The translations under genes and the position numbers were made by a program. A DNA stretch of 63,798 nucleotides, the filler included, from Octopus bimaculoides (taxonomy: Eukaryota), in NCBI RefSeq assembly GCF_001194135.2. It is 5 parts of 5 records of this genome, joined end to end, with 100 filler letters (N's around TTAATTAATTAA, not from the genome) between each part and the next. Parts side by side here need not be neighbours in the genome. Positions count along the whole stretch, not along the records: positions 25,013 to 46,490 come from NC_068993.1; positions 46,591 to 48,902 come from NW_026358473.1; positions 49,003 to 57,924 come from NC_069006.1; 2 more parts are not named here. The stretch is one strand, 5' to 3'. Below the pieces are notes generated by a model. The model saw only the letters and a program-made list of their open reading frames with translations, had not been told where the DNA came from and searched no databases. Numbering within the stretch: the first letter of the stretch is position 1; the number at the start of each line of letters is the position of its first letter. Below, piece by piece: positions 37,367-51,203 of this stretch.

Positions 37367-38999
37367 GTGTATGTGTGTGTGTGTTTGTGTATGAAAACCA
37401 AACAAACAGGTAAAGGCGATAAAAACGTAAATGACTTTGATAAGAAAGGGCATTATCGAAGACGAGAACAATCCCTGTTAGTTTTATTTCTATATCTTTT
37501 ATATACTCATCTGATGAACCTAACAGTTCACAAAGCTGAATTTCCTTCAAATATAACCCCTGATAAAAGGATACGTGACTGTGGTCCTAAGCCGTTTCCC
37601 TCGTTACCACTCATACATTCGTATAAATGCATAGAAACGTACTGCTAAAATAACCACACACACAAATATACCTGTATATAGACATATGAATATTTCTGTC
37701 CTCTTAAAGCCTTTTTGCTCTACGCGTTCAGATCTCGTATATTATTTATTGAGAGCCGTATAGTGTTTTCTTCTGAAAATACCAACAGCTGCAGTAAGAT
37801 TATAGTATAAAACACTAGAATTTCTAGAGAAATGTGTCTAGATCGATTTTGGAGTGTGTAATATGTGCGTAAGCGACCCTTAAAAAATGCAGGCTATAGA
37901 AATCAAGTTTCTCCAAAATATGTCACGGTCTATAATTCAAAGAAATAATATAAATGCGTACAACTACTTTTGAATATTCAAAGCAGGTTATAGCGGAGGT
38001 TATGCAATGGAGGAAAATATTTTTAACCCTTGCGTTTAGTGGAATTTGATTGTAATTACGAAAATAAAAATATCCAAGACAAACAAATATTAGTTCGTAT
38101 GAACAGACTTGTTAACTGAATAATTAAACACATTTTCAGTATAATAAATTGGAAATTGAAATGAATTCAGAAACATGCAGAGAGGAAAATAACAACCGTT
38201 TATGACATGATTTATCACACAGGATTTAACATATGTTCTATATCCTAAGGAGAATATTGTCACCACTAACCAAAAGAAATAGTTAAGTCATCTATTTATA
38301 GAATGGCTGCTATTCCAAGAATATATATATATTCTAATAAATAACATTCGGTATTGAATAACATATGTAAAAATAGATGACACCCAAAAGACAAAAAACA
38401 ACAAAATTAGTAACATATATTTCTTCGGTGCAAAGAATCATGTACTGCATCGAAAAAATTCGTGAAACATGAGGTCAAAGGGCACCAGGCCGTGAATTTT
38501 ATGCACCTATCTACATTAAATCTATATTTCCCCGAAAACCCACTGGTGAATGTCTTTTCTCTCACTACTCATCAATAACCTACTTATGTTAAAATATATT
38601 ACTTATAAAGATTCCAGTGATATTTGAAACTTTGTTATGTAGAGAGGTAAATCGTTTAAATGTTCAGAGAAATATTCTAAAGGGAAACCCGCAAAATGGA
38701 GAACCAATTTAGTAACATTCAGACTTTCAAATGAGCTTCTAAAACCCTTGATTTATATACATAATTCTCATAGAAATTTGAAATCAGAACGGAACACGGC
38801 TATAAGCAAAGACTGCAAGGATGTCTGTCCGGTGTTATATCATTTCGGTTAAACAACCCCGGGGCCAATAGAATAAGTACCAGTTGAGTAATGATGTCCA
38901 TGAACTGACTTATTCCCCACTACCACCGGTCTTACTGTCCTTGTGCCAAATTTTGAAGAAATTATTTGTTCGTAGTTTGGGAATAGGAAGAGCAAGACT

Positions 39000-39780
39000 C
39001 ATTTAAAACACCCAATTCTTGAATGGTACTTTATTTTACCTGCCTAATTTGTATGGAAGATAAAAGTAACATCGACAGGATTTGAACTCAGAACGTAAAA
39101 TGTCAAAACAGGCTTAAGGGTATTTTGATTAACGACCTACCGAAGACGGCGACCTGGCAGAATGGTTAGCACTCTGGACGAAATGCTTAGCGGTATTTCG
39201 CCTGTCGCAACGTTGTGAGTTCAAATTCCGTCGAGGTCGACATTACCTTTCATTCGTTCGGGGTCGATAAATTAAGTACCAGTAGCGAACTAGGGTCGAT
39301 GTAATCGATTATTCCCTGCCACCAAATTCAGGCTTTGTGCCTATAGTAACGACTTACCGACCTTGCAATCGACCACCCTCATCGAGAGCAATAATATTCC
39401 TTTCTACCTCAGGCGGCGAGCTGGCAGAATATTTAGCTCACAGGGGGAAATGCTTAGTAGCATTTCATCCGTGTTTAGTTTCTGAGTTCAAATTCCACCA
39501 GCGTCGACCTGCGTTTGGTTCTTTCGAAGTCGATAAAATAAGCACCACTTGAACATTGGGGTCGATGTAATCGACTTGTCCCCCGCTCAAACCTTCTGGC
39601 CATCTATCAAAATTTGCGATCCATATTTCTTTCAGCAATGTGCAGAGGGCCTGAAATTTGTGGCCAAGAGGATCCGGTATACTGCATTAACCCCAGTGCT
39701 CAATTAGCACCTATTTTCTGAACCCTGGAATGGAAAAGAAGCAAAGTCATCCTTGGTAGTATTCGAACTCAGAACGGAAA
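39000..39780. mobile_element. Cluster of four SINE family A copies
   Basis: Plus-strand copies at about 39143-39348 and 39411-39620; decayed minus-strand copies at about 39000-39130 and 39630-39780. Confidence 0.7.
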
Positions 39781-40072
39781 AAATAAATCTGAGCATATAC
39801 ACCACAGGACATATTTGTCTAACGATTTATCGATCTTGCAATCCTGCGCCCTTATCGCAAACAAAAATATTGAAAACTAATATCACATTACGTAAATTCG
39901 ATTATCACTAAATGTAAAGAAAACTGAAATATTGTAACACATTTAACGTAATGTCGTATAGTTATTGTAAATAAGGCCATAACCTTGGTTGTTTGAAACA
40001 ATTAGAGATTTGATAGGGAACGAAAGTAAAAATGAATAATTAAATAATTTAGCACGATAATGTCGGTCGATG

Positions 40073-40103
<31 letters not shown>

Positions 40104-40272
40104 GAGTGAGTAGAGTTGATTATACAGCATCAGAAACACTTGCGGAGAATGTTTCTATGTAAGGAAAATGGTTTCGTACACACACAGAGAGGTTTATGTG
40201 TGTTTTTGTTGAGGGGAGGCCGTGTGTGCGTGTGTGTGTGTAGGTGTCCGTTTTTGTGTGTGGGTGTGTGTG

Positions 40273-40320
<48 letters not shown>

Positions 40321-40393
40321 AAAATGTAGTATAGGAGAAATGTGTCTACTTCGAAAAGAACGTTGTGTGTGTATTCTATCCAGCTGATTCTTC

Positions 40394-40446
40394 ATGACGA
40401 TGATGATGGTGATGATGATGATGACGATGATGATGATGATGATGAC

Positions 40447-40485
<39 letters not shown>

Positions 40486-40910
40486 AATGATGATAAAAAC
40501 AACGTTAATGGCGGAACAAAGATATATCGAAAATTATGCGGTGAAGAAGTAGAAGACGAAAGAGAAGAAGAAGAAGAAGTAGAAGAAGAAGAAGAAGAAG
40601 AAGAAAAAAAAGAAGACGAAGAAGAAGAAGAAGAAGAAAAGAAGAAGGAGAAGAAAGAGAAGGAGACAGGGAAAGGAAAAGAAATTTAAAGAAGAAGAAG
40701 AAGAAGAAGAAGAAGGTGATGGTGATGGTGATGGTGATGATGATGATGATGAATGATGATGTTGATGACAATAATGACGGTGATGATGATGACGATGATG
40801 AAAGAAACGTCAATTCTGATGACAATGATGACTGCTTCGATAATGATGCGGTGATGGAATCTGATGAGCAAAGTAATGGTGAGAGCGAAGATGATGTGGA
40901 TGTTGTTGAC
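40394..40910. repeat. (GAT)n/(GAA)n low-complexity region
   Basis: Seen directly; source of the poly-D and poly-E ORFs. Confidence 0.9.
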
Positions 40911-41997
40911 AGTCATAAATAAGGAATAATTATGATGGTATGTAATAATATATTGATAGTTAACAACGGTTACAAGTTCACAACATTCCAATGAGTGATG
41001 GCTAATTAAATCGATCCAATACTACTTTGACTGTCACTTCATTAGATTGACCTTGGATGAATAAAATATAAAGTTAGCCGCAGCGGGATTTGAACGCAGA
41101 ACGTATAGGGCCTTAAGTAAATATACAAGGTATTTCTTGACGCTCTGCCTATTCGGAGGTCGTCAAAAAGAAAGCGAAAGTAAGGGTGATGTTGGGGTAC
41201 CCATATGATGGTAGTTGGTGTTGGTGATGATGATAATGATGAGGATGATGATGATGACGATGGTGAAGGTGGTGGTGGCGGAGGTGGTGATGGTGGTAGT
41301 GGCCACAGAATAGAATATCTAGGGTAAAATTATGTAGGTCTCAATAAAAAAATCGTGATGGTCATGGTTGGACAGACTTTGACTGTAGTTTCGCGTGACC
41401 CGTGGTGATCTATTCCTAAACAACAACAGCAACAAAAGCTGCAACAACACCCAAAAGGAATCAGTGACGGTCTCGCTTTGTCTCTGTATGCTAGAAATAA
41501 CAGCTAAATATACTGTTTTCTTTTTTAAATAAGGACGACCATGTTGTGTGACTTCGCTCCAAATAGAATATACCTGATGAAACGACGAGATGGTCACTTT
41601 CGGAAAGTCCATTGAACTTAGGTTTGTTCCAATGAGGATCTACTACGTATTTCAACAATAACAAGAACCACGAAAACATCAACAACAACAACAACAGCAA
41701 AACAGCAGAATATTTTATTGTAACAACAAAACTATCACGAACCAGTAAGGGTGTGGTTATCTGTGGTCGCTCCGTATGGTATGCTAGAGATAGCAACCAA
41801 ATATACCCCTAAAATCTCCCCTTTGAAAAATAGGTCGGCCATGTTGGATAATTTAGTCATAAATACGATGTGTGTGCCAGAGGGAATCATCGGAATGTTC
41901 ATGGCTGGAAAGTCTTTGAGCTCAGGTTGCCGCAACGAGAATATACCACTCACTTCATAAAAATAAGAACATCAAAACAACAGCAACAGAAGCAGCG

Positions 41998-42039
<42 letters not shown>

Positions 42040-42419
42040 GCAGCAGCAATAACAAAGAGAACCTGTAACGCGTTTTACTGAAAGTGTTAAGATGTTTCTA
42101 GAAATATTTTCAAGAAGCCATTTTATCTCCTCACATCGATTCTATGGCAAAGGGGTACAGCTGGATTCCTCTGACATATCTGTCCTCAAAAATGTACCCG
42201 ATCTAGCAGTTTTCCTATCATTTATTTTTCTTTATTCACCTCCCTCTCTTTCATTCTCTCTACTTCCTCTTCTCAACCCCTCTTTCCTTTCCTCTCTCAC
42301 ATTATTTCTCATCACCCGTCTCTCAATCTCCACCTAACCCTCCCCTTAGAACTCCTTTTATGGTATTTAAAGTTTCCTTTCTAATTTTTCCAGTTCAGTT
42401 TTTTTCCTTTTGTTCCCAC

Positions 42420-42476
42420 TTTCCTTTCTTTCTTTCTTTCCTTCTTTCTTTCTTTCTATATATCTTTCTTTCTATA

Positions 42477-42517
<41 letters not shown>

Positions 42518-42811
42518 GTCTGTCTGTCTGTCTGTCTCTCTCCCTCTCTCTTTCTCTCTCTCTTTCTCTCTCTATTTCTCTCTCTCTTTCTCTCTCCGTC
42601 TCTGTGTATTTTCTTTCCGTTGTTCGATTATTCGTTCCATTTCTGTCCCCCCTTCTTCTTCTTCTTCTTTTTCTTCTTCTTCTTCTTCTTCTTCATCTTC
42701 TTCTTCTTCTTCTTCTTCTTCTTCTTCTTCTTCTTCTTCTTCTTCTTCTTCTTCTTCTTCTTCTTCCTCTCCTCCCTCTCCTCCCTCTCCTTCCACTTCT
42801 TCCCGTTCCTC
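42420..42811. repeat. (CTTT)n/(CT)n/(CTT)n pyrimidine tract
   Basis: Seen directly. Confidence 0.95.
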
Positions 42812-44460
42812 NNNNNNNNNNNNNNNNNNNNNNNNNNNNNNNNNNNNNNNNNNNNNNNNNNNNNNNNNNNNNNNNNNNNNNNNNNNNNNNNNNNNNNNNN
42901 NNNNNNNNNNNNNNNNNNNNNNNNNNNNNNNNNNNNNNNNNNNNNNNNNNNNNNNNNNNNNNNNNNNNNNNNNNNNNNNNNNNNNNNNNNNNNNNNNNNN
43001 NNNNNNNNNNNNNNNNNNNNNNNNNNNNNNNNNNNNNNNNNNNNNNNNNNNNNNNNNNNNNNNNNNNNNNNNNNNNNNNNNNNNNNNNNNNNNNNNNNNN
43101 NNNNNNNNNNNNNNNNNNNNNNNNNNNNNNNNNNNNNNNNNNNNNNNNNNNNNNNNNNNNNNNNNNNNNNNNNNNNNNNNNNNNNNNNNNNNNNNNNNNN
43201 NNNNNNNNNNNNNNNNNNNNNNNNNNNNNNNNNNNNNNNNNNNNNNNNNNNNNNNNNNNNNNNNNNNNNNNNNNNNNNNNNNNNNNNNNNNNNNNNNNNN
43301 NNNNNNNNNNNNNNNNNNNNNNNNNNNNNNNNNNNNNNNNNNNNNNNNNNNNNNNNNNNNNNNNNNNNNNNNNNNNNNNNNNNNNNNNNNNNNNNNNNNN
43401 NNNNNNNNNNNNNNNNNNNNNNNNNNNNNNNNNNNNNNNNNNNNNNNNNNNNNNNNNNNNNNNNNNNNNNNNNNNNNNNNNNNNNNNNNNNNNNNNNNNN
43501 NNNNNNNNNNNNNNNNNNNNNNNNNNNNNNNNNNNNNNNNNNNNNNNNNNNNNNNNNNNNNNNNNNNNNNNNNNNNNNNNNNNNNNNNNNNNNNNNNNNN
43601 NNNNNNNNNNNNNNNNNNNNNNNNNNNNNNNNNNNNNNNNNNNNNNNNNNNNNNNNNNNNNNNNNNNNNNNNNNNNNNNNNNNNNNNNNNNNNNNNNNNN
43701 NNNNNNNNNNNNNNNNNNNNNNNNNNNNNNNNNNNNNNNNNNNNNNNNNNNNNNNNNNNNNNNNTATATATATATATATATTTATATATATCTATATATA
43801 TACATATATATATATGTGTGTCTGTGTGTGTGTGTGTCTGTGTATACGACGAGTTTCTTTCAGTTTCTGCCTAACAAATCCGCTCACAAGGCTTTGATCA
43901 GCTCAAGACTATAATCGAAGACACTTATCCAAGAACTGAATCCGAATCCTGGTTCTTACCACATAGCCAGGCTTGTGCCTACATACATACATACACACAC
44001 ACATATAAATATATATATATATATATATACGTATATATATATACATATATATATATACATATATATGGCACATATGTGTATATACATAAACATATACGCA
44101 CGCGCTCACAACATTTATATATCTCGTTAACTTGTCTTTCAGCATAGTCTTCAAAATGGCCGTATATAGAAATATTTGTTTGGTCTGCCTCGAAAGTATC
44201 ATTTTCTTTTAATTGAACTTCATTGTCTTGTAATCTTGATATTGCCAGCGTAAAATACCTTTATTCACATTTAAATTCTAACCAAACAATCTATACAAAT
44301 AAACCATGCAATCAGCAATGGATACGATAATAAATGAAAGAAAAGAAATAATTCATAAAAAAATATAAAAATATAAACAATTTGCACCCCCACACAAACA
44401 CACATGTATATACTACGTATTTGTGTGTGTTTTTGTACATATATATATATAACCCTAACC

Positions 44461-44499
<39 letters not shown>

Positions 44500-44947
44500 C
44501 AGACAGAGTTAGAAAGATGCATACATACATATAAATGAGCGCACCAAGAAATGAATAAAGTAAAATAGTTCTTCTTCTTTGCTTTTGCAGTCGATCTTCT
44601 GTGGGTTGTATAAATGGGGGAATGTCTCGTATTCTTCACGTCCTTTGCAAATCCTTCATTTTTTCAAACGTATTCCGGCGAGATTACGTATTAAGATGAG
44701 ATTTGTGTATTTTTCTTGTTTTTGCTTTGTACATACGTTTTATAAACTCACATTGATATCTATGTATATACATATGTATGCAAACGTGTATTTATTTCTG
44801 TGTGTTTCTGTGCATTTGAATATATTTTTATCTGTGTTTATTGATATATGTTTGTATGTATGTATGTATGCTTGTATATATGTATATATATATATGTGTA
44901 TATATGTATATATGTATGTATATATCAATCCCTCTCTCACTCTTTCT

Positions 44948-44993
<46 letters not shown>

Positions 44994-46365
44994 ATCCATA
45001 CCCACAGACACACATATACACATGTATTATATAGTGCGTTGTTTCAATTGTTTTTTTTTATATCCATTTCATTTTGTATGATCTAATACTTAATTTTCTA
45101 TGATTGTTGTCTTACCAATACTAATTCCAGCCGCACCCTACCAATTAGCAAGAATCCGGCGTGGGAAAATATTGGAATGAACCGATTCTTAGTAAATGAC
45201 TGGTATAATGATGAATGACGTCAGAAGGAATAGCTGAAAAATTCCAGAGCTGTTAGTTTGGAATTCAGATTCCTAGGTGTATGGAAATAAATAGTTATTA
45301 GTAGCTCCGTCACGTCGCCGATGTCTGGGTCAATGCATTGGGTCATGATATCTCTTAATTCCTTTTCAATCCATGCTTTCAATATAGAAAGGTTTCATAA
45401 CGTAAAATGGATTTTATTTTTAATGTTTCAACACGATAAAGACATTACGATTTCACAATGTCCGACGTTTAAGTAACAGAAGGAAATAAATACGAGAGAG
45501 ATTTAGTACAGCGATCGGCAATATCTGATAGAGAATCTTCTTTGTCAGTTTTTTTTTCTTTATTTTACTAAATTCTGTTTTTTTCCATGAATAAAATGGA
45601 GGCAAATTACGACTTTGTGTAGATTTTATTTTATTTTATTTCTAGCGCTAGTAAAGAAAAATTGCATCAAGAATTATCGAAGCTACATAATATAAAGGAA
45701 AAGAAATTCTCTGAAAATTGAAAACGGTCATGTTTGATCTGTAATAAACCATATGTGTCATAAGAAACGAGTAACGCAGAATCAAGTATAACGACGAGAC
45801 ATCTTTATTTAGCGGAAAAGAACGACCAGTATCTCATCTCCTTCACGTCAAGTATTTCATAAAACAAATATATACATACAGACTACGCACACAAACAGAA
45901 GCACACATACACAGTGAATACCGCACACACACACAGCTACCACTACAAGCGCACACGCTACCACGTACACACACAATAACGCACACACACGACAGCGCAC
46001 ACACACACGCACACACACGCAGTTACTGCCACACATATGCTACCAAACACACACCCACTCACTACCGCACACACAAGAACATACACACATACTGACCATT
46101 TTCACAGTCTCCTGTTCCCCAAAAGCAGTTTCTCTTCATTCCTTTTCTCTTCGGTCATTTCAAAGATGTAACTGCACGTGATGTTGGCGATTTTCATTGC
46201 TCCTTCGTCTTGGACTTTCCTATTTTGTCTGTTTCCTAAGATGAGCTATTCTTGAAACGTAAATATACTACTCTTTTATTTCTCTGAGCGTCTTATTAAT
46301 ACATTGTTCGTGCCACGTTCACACATTTATTTTTTCTTTTTGCCTGTTTTTTTTTTATAAATGAG

Positions 46366-46397
<32 letters not shown>

Positions 46398-46398
46398 T

Positions 46399-46439
<41 letters not shown>

Positions 46440-47266
46440 GAGGGTTACGCTGCATAAAGAACAAATTCGTTTTCCTCAATGCAAGCAGATNNNNNNNNNN
46501 NNNNNNNNNNNNNNNNNNNNNNNNNNNNNNNNNNTTAATTAATTAANNNNNNNNNNNNNNNNNNNNNNNNNNNNNNNNNNNNNNNNNNNNATTTGCAAAT
46601 GGTTGTTGTTGTTGCTGTTTTTGTAGTTGTTGTTCATAATGATGATGATGATAATGATGAATATGATGTTCTTGTTGTTGTTGCTACTGCTGCTGCTGTT
46701 GAAATCGTTGTTGTTATACTGATGATTGAGGTTTGCAGAGTAAAGAAATCACATGAAGGCCCGGAATATATTGACAGGTTGAGAGCTGGATCATATTTGA
46801 AATTGAATTATGAAAAAGAGTTCCAACCCTGTCTGTCTTTTATGATTTATTTATATTCTTGTAAAATTAATGTGGGATATAGAATATGGAATATATAATA
46901 TAAATAGTAAAATGAAATGAAGTATTGAATGTCTATTTGAATATATGAAATATTGAGTATTAAATATAGAGAATTAAATATAGAGAATTAAATATAGAGA
47001 ATTAGATATATAAGGACTAGTATACTTTCCTGCCTCATGGCATTCATCAAGGTGCCGTCTGACCTGTCAGACATTCAATACTTCATTTCATTTTACTATT
47101 TATATTATATATTCCATATTCTATATCCCACATTAATTTTATAAGAATATAAATAAAACATAAAAAAACAGACAGAGTTGGAACTCTTTTAAATAATATA
47201 TTCCTCTAAACACGATCATACAAAACCCTTTTTTATATTTTTATTTTTATTTTTATTCACACACAA

Positions 47267-47300
<34 letters not shown>

Positions 47301-47301
47301 G

Positions 47302-47345
<44 letters not shown>

Positions 47346-47374
47346 AACAAAACTTTAATATCATCGGCTTTGTC

Positions 47375-47575
47375 AAGGCGACGAGCCGGTAGAATCATTA
47401 GCACACCGGACAAAATGCTAAGCAGCATTTCGTCCGTTTTCATGTTCTCAGTTCAAATATCGCCAAGCTCGACTTTGCTTTCATTCTTTCGATGTTGATA
47501 AACTAAGTACCAGTCGATCTAATGGACTTACCCGCTCTCCCGAAATTGCTGGCTTTGTGCCAAAATTTGAAACCA
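47375..47575 (+). mobile_element. SINE family A
   Basis: AAGGCGACGAGCCGGTAGAATCATTAGCAC...CTCGACTTTGCTTTCATTC...GCCAAAATTTGAAACC. Confidence 0.8.
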
Positions 47576-47603
47576 ATTCCATCAGCTTTGTTGTTGCTGC
47601 TAT

Positions 47604-48017
47604 TGCACATTAAGGCACGCAACTAGTTGACCAAACAAACAAGTGGGGTCCGTTGATCCCTTTTCTCAAGTCATACCATGTTTCTGTCTAATTGACGACA
47701 TTGAACAGGCGATGTTCACTGATGAATCATATAAAGTGGGTACAATGTGATAGTCTGAACATACTCTTTCCAATGTCCGCGGACCAGATAGACAAGGCTT
47801 GAATATGACGGTTGCACTTCTTGGCATTCATTCTGATGTTTCAGCCGAGGTGTTAGGTGTTCTAGGACCCTTTACTACCGAATTCCTGCGCAAAACAGGA
47901 ATAACGGCAGCCCGTTGTAGAAATGAGCTTCGCGAGGTGGACTTGCTAATGCAACGAGTGTCGCAGGCTGTTTTCAGCAGCAACACCATCGCGGTCTTTG
48001 CCGCAGGGTGCAGCTGA
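47604..48017 (+). mobile_element. CRE-clade-like non-LTR retrotransposon C-terminal remnant
   Basis: EVLGVLGPFTTEFLRKTG...RNELREVDLLMQRVSQAVFSSNTIAV resembles the CRE RLE terminus (E.LG..GP....FL...G......RE...L.QRLS.AV..GNA); an upstream H-x-RH remnant is present. Confidence 0.55.
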
Positions 48018-49002
48018 CCACACCATTTGTTCTGGGGTATGTGACCCATCACACTTCCCCTTCCATCTTCTACTGTTTTACCCACCACCTTTTTTCTTTT
48101 CTTTTTTTCCCTTTTTATATCTTTTTTTTGTTTGTTTTTTTGTATTTAAATGTTATAAATAAACGTTTGTATTTGTTATATTTTTATTTTTCTGGGCTTA
48201 GTCCTTTCCTTCCACGTGACCGGTGTTCGGCCTAGCACGATCTTTCTTTCTTGGCTCTCTTATATTCCTGTCTCATGACTTTCATCTCTTATGTTCATTT
48301 CCAATGTTCCTGCCTCAAGGCTTTCACTCTACACACGCCAGCTCAACTTGATTCCTCTTTATTGGTCGAAAAACACCTGTTGTTATTTTCTTGTTTGTAT
48401 TTGTAATCGTGTAACATTTTCTCCATTTATTTTCTTTTTGTCTTTGTTGTCGTACACATTCGCTTGCTTTCTCCCCAAAAATTTAATGCTCTTAGCTTAG
48501 ATTTTGGGAGCCAGCCAGATTTGAACAGTCTCAAGTGTAACAGGCCGAAACTGTAAGGAAAATCTGGAAACTTGATTAATGAGAAAAGGCTGCGAATGAC
48601 CAGTCCTTGTTTTTTCCTGTCTGTCTTTTTGTTGCTTTCCCTGTCTGTCTTTTTTTTTTTTTTTTTTTTTTTTTGCTTTACCTGTCCATGTCTGTATCGT
48701 CTATCTGTCCGGATGTTTTATTGTCGTCTGTTGCGTTCTTGTTCCATTTTTTAAATTTATATTTACATACTTTCATATATGTATATCTATGTCTATTGAT
48801 TACATCTAAAAGGAGATGCTTCCTCGTCCACCTTACATTGCACAGATGTTCGTGTGTGGGTGCGCCTGTGTGTGCATGTATATTTCTCTGTATGTGTGGG
48901 TGNNNNNNNNNNNNNNNNNNNNNNNNNNNNNNNNNNNNNNNNNNNNTTAATTAATTAANNNNNNNNNNNNNNNNNNNNNNNNNNNNNNNNNNNNNNNNNN
49001 NN

Positions 49003-49128
49003 TACAAAAAAGTACAAAATGAAGAAAATAATATATAAAACAATAATATATAAAAAAATTATATTTATTTTTTTTTTTTATATATTATTGTTTTATATAT
49101 TATTTTCTTCATTTTGTACTTTTTTGTA
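49003..49128. repeat. Perfect 56-bp inverted repeat with 14-nt loop
   Basis: 49003-49058 is the exact reverse complement of 49073-49128; it begins at a gap edge. Confidence 0.9.
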
Positions 49129-49300
49129 CTTCTTTGTAAAAAAACATTTTCATTCTCCTTCTTCTTGATAGTTTGCTTCATCGCAATGAAAACCGGTTAG
49201 AAAAAATCTTTATTAAATTATGCTTCCAGTTCAGCATTCTGGCTTTTTTTCATTTTCCTATTATTTCTCCACGTGCGGTTAACACAACCCCACTATTTAC

Positions 49301-49339
<39 letters not shown>

Positions 49340-50697
49340 ATATGTGTGTATATATGTGAATATATATGTGCATATGTATATAAATATATATATGAATAAA
49401 AGTCAAATAAATAACAATGATGTCAAGGTACTAATGCAATACAGCCGTTTCAAGCAGCTCCATTTAATCGAGCAATGTATGCATTACATCAATTTAAAAT
49501 ACAGCACCATCTTCAGTTGCAAAAATATGGATTTTCAACAGACAGGATATCGTAATATAATTTTTCGCAAGTATTTTATCAGAGCTGGAGAATGAAAGAA
49601 TTCCATGCTGCCACTATTACAGCAGAAGTAAACTAAGAGAAAAACAACCACAATTTTGGAGTGGCAGAAATGGATCACAGTGGCGGGGGGGGNNNNNNNN
49701 NNGGGGGGTGGGGGGCATGGGATTGTAATTTATTTCTAATTTTTATCTATCTCCTTATCACCACCAAAAGATCTAATGCAGCTAGTACACTATGTTTATT
49801 GAGAATTAAGAGCACTAAGAGTTGACAGTTCAGAACTAGATGCTGGTCATAAATAAATAAATATCATAAGATGTTGTCTTGGATCTTAGTTTCTAATGGC
49901 CGGGAGTTCTTACTGCATAAAGAAACAAATCTTAGAAGGAGTCAATTAGATAGTGGTAAATGCCCAGAAAAAGAGGTAGGGTAGGGGCGACACAAACTCT
50001 TTCCTTGTTTTCAGATAAAGGGACCCACACTAGGAAACATAAGATGCTACAATGAGAGCCAGATGGGCATTAAGTGTACAGAGGGGAGAAAAGGCTATAA
50101 TGAAAGTAGAACAAAATCTGTGTATTATTATATTTTGTATAATAATAAAAGTAAAATCTTAAAAATTTAGAAAGGGTTGCAAGAACCAGGTAAGATAAGA
50201 AGGATATATAGACCAATTGAAGCGCTAAAAAGACAATTACTTTTATCTAAAAGCCTCCTAATACTTCATCCTTGTAGAACTATTAAGGATTCATGACAAA
50301 ACCATTCAAACAATGAGCTCAACTTACATTCAGAATTTATCTGGGAAAGAGGTACACATTTTCTTTTGATTGGAAATGTTTTCAATCAATAGAAGATTTA
50401 TCAATAGAAAACATGTCTGGCCATGGGGTAATATTACCTTATTTGGAAACAGTTAAGGGTTGACAACAGAAAGGGCATCTATCTCCAAAAAAAACCTGCC
50501 TCAGATAAACTCCATGCAACCCATACAAACATGGAAGGTTTAACATTGAAGTGATGATGGAATGGATGGGGAGGAATCATTTCTGAATCCGTGAGTCAGA
50601 AGAAATCATGCATTTGTCAATAGAGTGGGGATATTAATCCCTAAATTAGAGGATATATTAATGCGCACATTAATGCATAAATTAGGAGGTATACTAA

Positions 50698-50920
50698 CCC
50701 ATTAAGTCCCACTGTGCTATAAATAGGACGCTAAATGAGAATATTAAATAAGCTTATATCACATTGTCTCAGTGTCCTATTTATAGGACACCGAGTATTT
50801 CCATTTCTACTTGAAGTAAAGGAATTTTAATAATTATTTTTTTCATTTTAACCTATTTTCAATCATTCGTAAAATTTTAAAAGTAATATTCAGAAATTTA
50901 AGTATCTGGGACTTAATGCG
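50698..50920. mobile_element. TTAA-type (piggyBac-like) MITE
   Basis: TIRs CCCATTAAGTCCCA / TGGGACTTAATGCG (13 of 14 match); flanks CTAA / TTAA; internal inverted repeat CTATAAATAGGAC / GTCCTATTTATAG. Confidence 0.65.
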
Positions 50921-51006
50921 TTAATATGCACACATTAATGCATAAATTAGGGGGTATATTAATGTGTATATTACTGCGTAAATCAGTGGGTATACAGATC
51001 CATCAT

Positions 51007-51203
51007 AAGGCAGTGAGCTGGCAGAATTGTTAGCCCGTCGGACAAAATGCTTAGTAACATTTTGTCTTTCTTTACATTCTGAGGTCAACTTTGCCTTTCA
51101 TCCTTTCAGGGTTGATAAAATAAGTGGCAGTTGAACTTTGGGGTCGATGTAATTGACTTATCTCCTCTTCTGAAACTGCTGGCTTTGTGCTAAAATTTGA
51201 AAA
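51007..51203 (+). mobile_element. SINE family A
   Basis: AAGGCAGTGAGCTGGCAGAATTGTTAGC...GGTCAACTTTGCCTTTCATCCTTTC. Confidence 0.75.

Noticed and set aside
40342-40922. Poly-Asp/Glu ORFs resembling acidic proteins
   Set aside because: Direct translations of (GAT)n/(GAA)n microsatellites, with no complex sequence or splice context.
41570-41625. CTGATGA followed by GAAA
   Set aside because: No helix I complement and no stem III.
42360-43914. Long ORFs of 400-500 aa, and similar ORFs spanning other gaps
   Set aside because: Made of X from N runs plus low-complexity repeats.
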